Position numbers and translations under genes: made by a program. This document shows positions 32,301-40,484 of a stretch of 64,000 bases of DNA, one piece after another (positions within the stretch are counted from its first letter, which is position 1; the number at the start of each line of letters is the position of its first letter). Source of the DNA: an uncultured bacterium (GTDB taxonomy: Bacteria; Patescibacteriota; Dojkabacteria; J137); NCBI GenBank assembly GCA_963700155.1, contig OY969472.1, forward strand, positions 445,511-509,510, given 5' to 3'. Under the pieces are notes generated by a model that was not told the origin of the DNA, did not search any database, and was given only the letters and a program-made list of their open reading frames with translations.

Positions 32301-35300
32301 TACAACAAAACCAGCTAATGGGGAACTAACTTTTTGGGTAGGTACCTATGATGGTAAGACTATCAAACTTTACAAAAATGGATCACTTGTAAGTAGTACT
32401 AATTATGTTGGAACAATTACTAATACAACCTTACCATTCAGGATTGGGAGACCTGCAGAAGATGGTGGTAATAATCTTTATGTTCAAGGAATGTTTGATG
32501 ATGTGAGAGTATACAATAGAGCATTTACTCAAGCTGAAATTACAAGTTTATATAACTGGGCGCCTGGACCAATAGAGTATCTAAAATTCGATGAGAATAC
32601 AGGATCATCGATTAATGACAGTAGTGGAAATAATAATAAAGGAACTTGGAATGGAACATTAGGCTCACAATGGAGTACAGGAAAAGTTGGAACTGCAGGT
32701 GAATTCAATGGTACAGATAACTATGTAAATATCTCTGATTCTTCGACTCTAGATATAACCGGAGACATGACATTAAGCACATGGATAAAACCAAATGCAA
32801 CACAAAATGCATCTGCAGATATTATAAGTAAACATGGGAACGGAGGATTCCTTATCGAGCAAAATAACACAACAAATAATCAATATTATTTTGGTTGGGA
32901 TAGTACTGGATCCGGCGGTTGGAATTGCTTAACAACATACTTTAGTTTAACAGGAGGAGTATGGCAGCATTTAGAAATAGTTAAAAGTGGAGCTGTTGCC
33001 AAATATTATATAAACGGAGTTTCAACTGGAAGTTGTACAGGAACTAATCAAGCAATTTCTGCAAATTCTTTAGCATTAAAAATAGGTTCATGGAGTTCTT
33101 CTGGCAATAGATTCTGGAATGGATTAATTGATGATTTTAAATTTTACAATTATGCTCGAACATCTGGACAGGTAGTTGAAGATATGAATGGAGGGCATCC
33201 TGTAGGTGGCTCGCCCATAGCCTCTCAAGCTATTTACTACAACTTTGATGAAGGGAATGGGAACACCGCAGCAAGCTCTAATCCAGTTGCTTACTGGAGA
33301 TTTGATGAAAATACAGGAACTATAGCAACAGATTCCGGGAGCGGTGGTCATAATGGAACACTTACTAATAGTCCGTCTTGGATTAAAGGAGTTTATGAAT
33401 CAGCCTTAAATTTTACTGCAGCACTTAATCAAAATGTAACAACATCATCAGTTGTATCTAGTGCTACTACAAATATTACAATGGAGACATGGGTATATTG
33501 GACGAACGGCCCAACTGGGAATTCTACTTTCTACTATAATGGGAACTCTGGATCAAACGGATATGGTCTTAAGTTGAATAACGGATCAGGATCAGCAGGA
33601 AATAAAGTAACAGTAATACTTGGAGGTTTAGCATTTGATGTTACAAGCAGCACTTTGGTACTTACTCCTAAAGTCTGGACACATATTGCACTTACTCGAA
33701 GTGGTACCACATGGACTCTTTATAAAAATGGAATTCTTGACAGCATTGGAACAACAAATCCAGGCACCCCAACTACAAGTACTATTATTGGGAGTGGATT
33801 CGATGGTATTCTTGACGATTCAAAATTTTATAATTATGCTCGTACACCAGCTCAAATAATTGAAGATATGAACCGAGATGTGCATAACAATGGATTTTTG
33901 GGAAGTACTGATAATGCATTTAATTATGGAGGAACATGGAATTCTGGATCAAGTTGCAAAGTTAACGGATGCTTAGATATAGACTCTGCTACTGATTACG
34001 TCACTCCAGGAGATATTTCACTTACTGATGGATTAACTCAAATGAGCATTAGTATGTGGATCAATCCAGCTATTACTGCAAATTCTGAAATAATCGGGAA
34101 GTGGGGAGATACTTCAACTACTTCTAATTTTCTTGTACGAACAAACAGCCCTGGAAGTGAGATTGTTGTATTCATTGCTTCTTCATTAAGTGATAATGGG
34201 TCTAATTATTTCTATACAACAGATTTGAATCTATCTAATGGTGTTTGGACCAAACTACAAATTATATATGATGGGACACAAAATGCGACGAATAGGATAA
34301 CAATCTATAGTAATGGAAGAAAAGTAAATGGTGGTTACATTGGAACTATTCCAACATCTATGACTTCCGGAAGCACTTCAAACTTAAAGTTAGGAGATGC
34401 AGATTTTAGTGTATTTACAGCATTGCCAGCTAAATATGATGATCTTAAAATATATAATACAGCTATTACAGCAGAACAGGCTCAAATTGACCTGAATTCA
34501 GGATATAGTGAAAACTTTGGAGTCGGTGCGCCGTCTGAAGCAAGTTTGCTTTCAGACGGCGCAGGTAATTCTCCTACCAGATATTGGAACCTTGACAGCA
34601 ACACAGGAACTACTGCTTATGATATTTCAGGAAATAATAGCAATGGAAGTTTTGTTGGAACACCTGTTTGGACTCCAGGCAAGTATGGATCCAGTTTAAC
34701 TTTTGCTGATGGACAGGATATTAATGTACCTGATTACTCACTCGCAGGTGCTTTTACAATGCAGTATTGGTATAAGACAAATGACACAACATCTGTAAAA
34801 ATATCCCTTGGAGAAGATAGTGGTACTTCAGGAGGTGGTCCCAAAATAGGTATCTCAAGCAGTACATTTTTTGTGCGTATAATTAGCAGTACTGATAGTA
34901 CTATTAATGGGAAAACCGACGGTAAATGGCATTTCGTTTCCATTACCCGTAATGCTAGTGACAAAGTAGATTTATATCTAGATGGTGGCACGGCAAATAG
35001 ACTTTTTTCTGATACTGCTCAAACAGGTACTTTTACTTTATCTAATCTTGGTTCAAATAGCGATAACAGTCAGAACTTTATAGGAACCTTAGATGATGTA
35101 AAAGTTTACGATTATGCTCGTACTCAAGCCCAACTAGCATATGATTACAATCGCGGCGCTCCAGTGGGGTGGTGGTGGCTTGATGAATGTCAAGGATCAA
35201 CCGCTTATGATGCTTCAGGCAATGGAAATAATGGAGCAATAACAATCGGAACTGGAGCTGGGACAGGCCATATTGATTCTGTAGGAAATTGTACTACTTC

Positions 35301-35889
35301 TGGAACTGCTTGGTATAACGGTTTGAATGGTAAATTCAATTCTAGTTTAAGCTTTGATGGGATAGATGATTATGTGAGTATGACAGCTTCTCTTAGTAGT
35401 TTTAGCAGTCTTTCGACTGGTACAATTACAGGGTGGTTTAAGAGAGCGAATACAAGTAATAGAGATATTATTTTCAGTTTAGGAGAATCTTCAACAAACG
35501 ATCGTTTTACTCTCGAGATTAATGTTGCATCAAACCAATTTTTCAGAGTTTTAGCTAGAGAAGCAAATAGTAATGTTTTAGACATTTATTCAACAAAAAC
35601 ATATGATGATACTTCTTGGCATAATTTTGCAGTTGTTAATGACAATACAAGTACTATAAAAGTATATATCGATGGTTTATTACAAACTACGATTGGGACA
35701 CAATCAAATAGTTGGTTTAATACTGTCACAAGTAAAGATTACATGAATATTGGAAAAGATACAATTGGTTTATTTTCAGGGCAAATTGATGACTTTAGAA
35801 TCTACAATTATGCACTGTCTGCAGATCAAATCAAGCAAGTTTACAACGGTGCATCTGTATTTTTTGGTCCAACATCAGGTACTCCATAA
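29356..35889 (+). CDS. Giant DUF2341 + multi-LamG (concanavalin A-like) surface protein
   Basis: WFNENWQYRQR, QDLRFT, YMYYGNP (DUF2341); repeated W.FDE...F.G..DD.KIYNYAR (LamG_3). Confidence 0.85.
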   Translation: MSKNLKKITKNIIKIRKKISNSSFYIKRFSPLKNKFYNCIFNIKTWAFKNRRHQFLSILLILLFFLPIASVITTLLSTPVQAAWFNENWQYRQRLDITITSSSSDISNLQMYFTVNTSVLISTEKLQSSCQDLRFTSVSGRLLQYYIDSGCNTTATKIWVMADLIPKNTTTYQIYMYYGNPAASAGSESGYFDNVVGLAAYWTFNDGSGISVADSSKNAFTATINTGTFTTGKFGTALSKNGSGQGATATYGAGSDLDFPANTQVTVEFWLNSPTSHTSRLINAIASGGLNVPNIGTALYFGVFSGNTVTFNSAISYDGAWHHYALSYNGTSVSYYKDGSFVSSQNLAANWTTGSKTFYLGGDASYPLNGALDDVKVYRTSRNSTQILADFNNTSCGGLVCTIATSPVGTVNPSSVSFNSEEIGPGPVANWGLDEGYGDSSTGNGPVAYWNLDENTNITATDLSGNGNTGTLTGSPTWVSGIYNSSVNFNGSSNYITINNSTSLNIRAPITLSAWIYPTSTASFQNVISKRNTTSPYSLRINNGTNLEYYFHDGTAYREYIKTGVIKLNTWQFVAATNDGTNINLYVNGVNVLSTTTPYTPATTTDTIQISGWHGINELFSGSIDDVKIYNYARSANQVIEDMNRDVHSNGTAGKSAYGFNYGATWQTEDQCVVRKCLSFNGTSNYVSLYPNLQTTSKITISSWINTRTLSLPSNFRMIFSSSDGASYLALVTNGLATPFVSFDIGGTQRALNSNFIPKINHWYYVTATYDGNYIRIYVDGILRNTSAQYVGSLAGFSSGSMYIGKYLAAGYEFSGKLDELKIYPYARTDDQIKSDYNSAAELLGKQNQTYLSNDLVGYWKMDESSWNNNCSTTSVIDSSGNGFNGKSCPNGSGPTGGAVGKFGNAGYFDGVNDYVEVADNDLLDPANAITVAMWFRPDQTLVDFQAVLGKGGGASFEKGYEFATSNDQFGFWVNGNTHIATTTKPANGELTFWVGTYDGKTIKLYKNGSLVSSTNYVGTITNTTLPFRIGRPAEDGGNNLYVQGMFDDVRVYNRAFTQAEITSLYNWAPGPIEYLKFDENTGSSINDSSGNNNKGTWNGTLGSQWSTGKVGTAGEFNGTDNYVNISDSSTLDITGDMTLSTWIKPNATQNASADIISKHGNGGFLIEQNNTTNNQYYFGWDSTGSGGWNCLTTYFSLTGGVWQHLEIVKSGAVAKYYINGVSTGSCTGTNQAISANSLALKIGSWSSSGNRFWNGLIDDFKFYNYARTSGQVVEDMNGGHPVGGSPIASQAIYYNFDEGNGNTAASSNPVAYWRFDENTGTIATDSGSGGHNGTLTNSPSWIKGVYESALNFTAALNQNVTTSSVVSSATTNITMETWVYWTNGPTGNSTFYYNGNSGSNGYGLKLNNGSGSAGNKVTVILGGLAFDVTSSTLVLTPKVWTHIALTRSGTTWTLYKNGILDSIGTTNPGTPTTSTIIGSGFDGILDDSKFYNYARTPAQIIEDMNRDVHNNGFLGSTDNAFNYGGTWNSGSSCKVNGCLDIDSATDYVTPGDISLTDGLTQMSISMWINPAITANSEIIGKWGDTSTTSNFLVRTNSPGSEIVVFIASSLSDNGSNYFYTTDLNLSNGVWTKLQIIYDGTQNATNRITIYSNGRKVNGGYIGTIPTSMTSGSTSNLKLGDADFSVFTALPAKYDDLKIYNTAITAEQAQIDLNSGYSENFGVGAPSEASLLSDGAGNSPTRYWNLDSNTGTTAYDISGNNSNGSFVGTPVWTPGKYGSSLTFADGQDINVPDYSLAGAFTMQYWYKTNDTTSVKISLGEDSGTSGGGPKIGISSSTFFVRIISSTDSTINGKTDGKWHFVSITRNASDKVDLYLDGGTANRLFSDTAQTGTFTLSNLGSNSDNSQNFIGTLDDVKVYDYARTQAQLAYDYNRGAPVGWWWLDECQGSTAYDASGNGNNGAITIGTGAGTGHIDSVGNCTTSGTAWYNGLNGKFNSSLSFDGIDDYVSMTASLSSFSSLSTGTITGWFKRANTSNRDIIFSLGESSTNDRFTLEINVASNQFFRVLAREANSNVLDIYSTKTYDDTSWHNFAVVNDNTSTIKVYIDGLLQTTIGTQSNSWFNTVTSKDYMNIGKDTIGLFSGQIDDFRIYNYALSADQIKQVYNGASVFFGPTSGTP

Positions 35890-35987
35890 ATTATATGAAT
35901 TTAAAATGAATTTAGGATTCTAAGGTTGAATTAATCTCATCTTTAATATATGCTAATACTTACATATTAATATTTAGTAATTTTTGT

Positions 35988-36707
35988 ATGAATCCACAAA
36001 GTCCATTACAGCAGAATCAAAATTCTCAACATAATTTTTCTCAGCAACAAGTGATGCCTCCAAATCAGGCTAAAAAAGGAAGGAAGTCTTTCTTAAAAAG
36101 AATCTGGAATACCAAAAGTGTTTTAATTATTGTTGCTATTTTACAGATCATCATCATTGTTTTAATTCTGAATCCAGTTGCATTAGTTCAGCAATATCAA
36201 AATCAGCAGATTATAAATGAAGTTGCAGCAAAAACAGCAGTCAACACTGCCGAGAGTCCAGTAATTGCCACAATTACTAATGCAGATCAACTAAGAAGTG
36301 CGAACGCTGCTCAAGCACAGGTCTATAAAGATGCACAGAACGGAGATTATGTTCTAGGATATTCAGATAAAATGATAATTTATAGAAGAGGTACTGGAGA
36401 AGTAATTTATAATGGTGATAATCCTAATGATTTAGTAACACATACTCAAGAGAAATTAGTAAGTGATATTGTAGATAAAGCTAAAAAACAGAATCTAATC
36501 TCATCAGATTCTACTGAAACACCTCAAATATCAATAATTACTGATGTAAAAAGTTTACAAACTGCAAACCCTGATTTTTATAGCATAGCTAGGAATAATG
36601 ACATTGTTGCTTTATTTCCACAAGAACAATTAATTGTTTTGTATAATCAAGAAACAAGCACAATAGTAAATTCTGGTAAATATTCAACCAATATTTCAAA
36701 TCTTTAA
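35988..36707 (+). CDS. Membrane-anchored protein with two tandem copies of the 17009..17380 domain
   Basis: ESPVIATITNADQL...YKDAQNGD...IIYR and ETPQISIITDVKSL...FYSIARNND...VLYN. Confidence 0.7.
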   Translation: MNPQSPLQQNQNSQHNFSQQQVMPPNQAKKGRKSFLKRIWNTKSVLIIVAILQIIIIVLILNPVALVQQYQNQQIINEVAAKTAVNTAESPVIATITNADQLRSANAAQAQVYKDAQNGDYVLGYSDKMIIYRRGTGEVIYNGDNPNDLVTHTQEKLVSDIVDKAKKQNLISSDSTETPQISIITDVKSLQTANPDFYSIARNNDIVALFPQEQLIVLYNQETSTIVNSGKYSTNISNL

Positions 36708-36713
36708 TAATTA

Positions 36714-36753
36714 AAAGGGAAAAATAGCTCAAAATTGAGCTATTTTTCCCTTT
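36714..36753. terminator. Probable intrinsic terminator closing the surface-protein locus
   Basis: 18-bp inverted repeat AAAGGGAAAAATAGCTCA / TGAGCTATTTTTCCCTTT just after stop 36707. Confidence 0.65.
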
Positions 36754-36990
36754 ATAAGCCATTTTTGTCAAAAACATTCTTTTTTAGTAAAAAATCTGTT
36801 TCCAACTATGGACATTCCTTATTAAATATGCTATAAATCTAGCACGTCTTTTTTCAGTAGAATTATTTTGAACAAATTCACTATTAATCTCTTTAAAATC
36901 CAAAAAATATAAAATTTATAGGGTGTGAACACTAAGGTAAGTTTGCGCCCTTTTTCTATTTATAATTTAATTAAATACATTATTAAATAT

Positions 36991-39900
36991 ATGGCAAGTC
37001 TAACAAAGAGAATCACCCTTAGCAAAAATCCGATTCCACATTTGGACATGGACTATCTTGAAGCTCAAAAATCGTTCTTCAGAGAATTCATGGAAAATGG
37101 TTTCGAAGAATTATTTGATGAAATTTCACCAATTGAAGATTATACTGGTAATTCATGGGAAATTACCTTTGAAGATGTAGCATGGGGAGATGCCAAAATA
37201 AGTTTTAGAGACGCACAGCTTTTAGGTCAAACTTATGATGCCCCAGTTCATGTAACTATCAGACTAGTTAATAAGAAAACAGGAGAAATCAAGAAGCAGA
37301 AGATTTATTTATGCGATATGCCATTAATGAGTGATAGAGCTTCATTTATGGTTAATGGTAATGAAAGAGTTGTAGTCTTCCAAATTCTTCGATCAGAAGG
37401 TGTTTTATTCTCCGAAAGCAAAAGTTCAAGTACAAAGAAAAGATTGTATTCAGTAAAATTAATGCCTCATAGAGGAAATTGGTATGAGTTTGAAATAAAC
37501 AAATATGGTGTAATGAGCATTAAACTTCTACAAAAAAGACCAAGAATTTTATTAACAACACTTTTAAGAGCACTTGGATACAGCTCAGATTCTGAAATCA
37601 AAAAAGCTTTAGGTGCTGCTGATCAAGGAGAAATGAGTTACATAGATGCAACATTAAGAAAAGATCCTACAAAGAATACTGAAGAAGCTTTAATTGATAT
37701 TTATAGAAAACTAAGACCAGAAGACACTGTAACAATTGAGAATGCACAAGCATTAATTGATAATATTTTCTTTAATAAAAGAAGGTTCTATTTAGGAAAA
37801 ATAGGAAGATATAAATTAAATAAAAAATTGAAAATTGATGAAGATATAAAGTTAACAGACTATATTTTAAAGAAAAGAGATATAGTAGAAGTTATTAGAG
37901 CTTTATTAGAGTTGAACCATGGTACAAGACTTCCAGATGATATTGATAGTTTAAGTAATAGAAGAATCAGAGGAGTAAATGAGTTAGTTGGAGAAAAGAT
38001 TAGAGTTGGAGTCTTAATAATGGAAAAAAATATTAGAGACAAAATGAGTACCTATTCAACAGATGAAAAAGTAACTCCTGCAATGTTAGTAAACACAAGA
38101 CCAATTATCTCAGCAGTTAATCAATTCTTTGGAAGCTCTGCATTAATGAGATTTATGGATCAAGAAAATCCTTTATCTGAATTAGAAGCTAAAAGAAAAA
38201 TTTCTGCTGGAGGACCAAGAGGTTTAACAAAGGAAAGAGCAACTTTCTCAGTAAGAGATGTACATAACTCACACTATTCAAGATTATGTCCTGTTACTAC
38301 ACCAGAGGGTCCTTCAATTGGTATGGTTAACCAGCTTTCAATTTATGCAAAGATAAATGAATTTGGTTTCTTAGAAGCTCCCTACTACAAGGTAGTAAAT
38401 AAATTTGACTCAGACAGTAAGAAAAAAGATTTTATCGGAAGAGTAGTAGCTGAAGACATTAAAAGCGGTAAGAAAACATTGGTTAAAAAGGGAGAAGTAT
38501 TAACCGAAAAATCAATTGATGCAATCCAAAAAGCAGGAATATCAACTTTTGCTATTGATCCATTTATTAAGAAAGATGAAGTAATTTACCTTGATGCTGA
38601 TAATGAAATATTACATAAAGTAGCAAGCGCTTCTATACAAGCTGCTGAAAACGGAAATATTACCGAGGAAAAGACTTATGTTAGAGATGGTCAAAATTAC
38701 ACAAAAGTAAATATTGATCAAGTTGATCTTGTTGATGTAAGTCCTGCTCAGATTGCAGGAATGGGATTAGCATTAATTCCTTTTGCAGGAAATGATGACC
38801 CAAACAGAACTTTGATCGGTGCAAAAACTCAAAACCAGTCAATTCCACTAGTAAAGAACGAAGCTCCAATAGTAGGAACAGGTTTTGAATCTGAAGCAGC
38901 AAGAGCATCTGGAAGAACAATTTATGCAGAAGAAAATGGAAAAACTTTAAGTTCAGATGCAAATCAAGTTGTAGTTCAATACGCTGGCCAGAAAGAAAAA
39001 ACTATTTATCCTGTAGAAAACTTTGTAAGAACAAACCAAAATACATCATTCTCTCAAAGACCACTTGTGATGCCGGGAGAATCATTTAAGAAAGGTGATG
39101 TTTTAGTTGATGGACCATGTACAAGAAATGGAGAGCTTGCTTTAGGAATAAATTTAAGAACAGCTTATGTAGTTTATGATGGATATAATTATGAAGATGG
39201 GATTGTTATCTCACAAAGATTAGTAAAAGATGACATGTTAACTTCAGTTCATATTCAAGAATATGTTCAAGAAGTCAGAGAAACGAAACTAGGAAATGAA
39301 TTAGTTACAAGAGATATTCCTGGTGTTGGAGAATGGGCATTAAGAAATCTGGACGAGGATGGAATTGTAAGAATTGGTGCAAGTGTTCAATCAAATGATA
39401 TTTTGGTAGGAATAATTGCTCCAAAAGGAGAAACAGAGCTAACTGCAGAAGAAAAACTTTTAAGAGCAATCTTCGGAGAATATGCAAGAGATGTTAGAGA
39501 TAACTCATTAAGACTTCCTCATGGAGATCATGGAGTAGTTATAGGAGTACAGATTTTAGACAGAATAAATGGAGCAAAATTAAATGCAGGAGTATTAAAA
39601 CAAGTTAAAGTGTGGGTTGCAAAAACACATAAGATATCAATAGGAGATAAATTAACTGGATATCATGGGGATAAGGGAGTTGTAACAAAGATTGTACCTG
39701 AAGAAGATATGCCACATACCTCAGATGGCAAACCAGTAGATGTAATACTAGGACCATCGTCAATGGTTAGAAGAATGAACTTAGGACAGTTAATTGAGAC
39801 ACATATCGGAGAATTAGCAAAGAAATTAGGAATAAAAGTAGAGATTCAACCATTCTCTGAATATTCACTTAAACCATTAATGGACTTAGCTAAGAAGAAT

Positions 39901-40416
39901 GGAATAGATTATGAAGAAAAAGTTGATTTATATGATGGTAGAACAGGGGAAAAATATAACCAGAAAGTCACAGTTGGAATGAAATACTTCTTTAAGCTAG
40001 ACCATTTGGCTGACCACAAAGTGCATGCAAGATCAACCGGTCCATACACTTTAGTTACACAACAACCATTAAGAGGTAAAGCACAACGAGGAGGGAGAAG
40101 ATTTGGAGAAATGGAAGTTTGGGCACTTGAAGCACATGCAGTGCCAAATGTATTGCATGAAATGCTTACTATCAAATCTGATGATGTTGTTGGAAGAGCA
40201 GCAGCTTATAAAGCAATAATTTCAGGAAACAAGATCACAGCACCAAATGTTCCAGAATCATTTAACGTTTTGGATAAGGAATTAGCAGGATTGGCTATCA
40301 AGTTAGATAAGATTAATGCCGAATATGATGAAGAGAGAAGCGAAATGGCATTAGAGGAGATTGTTGATTCAGTTGGAGCACAAGATGCACCAGATGTAAT
40401 GGATACAACATTTTAA
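36991..40416 (+). CDS. rpoB: RNA polymerase beta subunit
   Basis: NGNERVVV, TPEGP, GYNYEDG, GDKL, RFGEME; ATG 36991 preferred over GTG 36925. Confidence 0.97.
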   Translation: MASLTKRITLSKNPIPHLDMDYLEAQKSFFREFMENGFEELFDEISPIEDYTGNSWEITFEDVAWGDAKISFRDAQLLGQTYDAPVHVTIRLVNKKTGEIKKQKIYLCDMPLMSDRASFMVNGNERVVVFQILRSEGVLFSESKSSSTKKRLYSVKLMPHRGNWYEFEINKYGVMSIKLLQKRPRILLTTLLRALGYSSDSEIKKALGAADQGEMSYIDATLRKDPTKNTEEALIDIYRKLRPEDTVTIENAQALIDNIFFNKRRFYLGKIGRYKLNKKLKIDEDIKLTDYILKKRDIVEVIRALLELNHGTRLPDDIDSLSNRRIRGVNELVGEKIRVGVLIMEKNIRDKMSTYSTDEKVTPAMLVNTRPIISAVNQFFGSSALMRFMDQENPLSELEAKRKISAGGPRGLTKERATFSVRDVHNSHYSRLCPVTTPEGPSIGMVNQLSIYAKINEFGFLEAPYYKVVNKFDSDSKKKDFIGRVVAEDIKSGKKTLVKKGEVLTEKSIDAIQKAGISTFAIDPFIKKDEVIYLDADNEILHKVASASIQAAENGNITEEKTYVRDGQNYTKVNIDQVDLVDVSPAQIAGMGLALIPFAGNDDPNRTLIGAKTQNQSIPLVKNEAPIVGTGFESEAARASGRTIYAEENGKTLSSDANQVVVQYAGQKEKTIYPVENFVRTNQNTSFSQRPLVMPGESFKKGDVLVDGPCTRNGELALGINLRTAYVVYDGYNYEDGIVISQRLVKDDMLTSVHIQEYVQEVRETKLGNELVTRDIPGVGEWALRNLDEDGIVRIGASVQSNDILVGIIAPKGETELTAEEKLLRAIFGEYARDVRDNSLRLPHGDHGVVIGVQILDRINGAKLNAGVLKQVKVWVAKTHKISIGDKLTGYHGDKGVVTKIVPEEDMPHTSDGKPVDVILGPSSMVRRMNLGQLIETHIGELAKKLGIKVEIQPFSEYSLKPLMDLAKKNGIDYEEKVDLYDGRTGEKYNQKVTVGMKYFFKLDHLADHKVHARSTGPYTLVTQQPLRGKAQRGGRRFGEMEVWALEAHAVPNVLHEMLTIKSDDVVGRAAAYKAIISGNKITAPNVPESFNVLDKELAGLAIKLDKINAEYDEERSEMALEEIVDSVGAQDAPDVMDTTF

Positions 40417-40427
40417 TTTAGATTTTA

Positions 40428-40454
40428 TGCGGCGAGTCAGAATGACTCGCCGCA
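40428..40454. other. 12-bp GC-rich hairpin in the rpoB-rpoC spacer, no U tract
   Basis: TGCGGCGAGTCA-GAA-TGACTCGCCGCA. Confidence 0.7.
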
Positions 40455-40484
40455 AATTATTAATATTTTTAACCAATTAAAACT

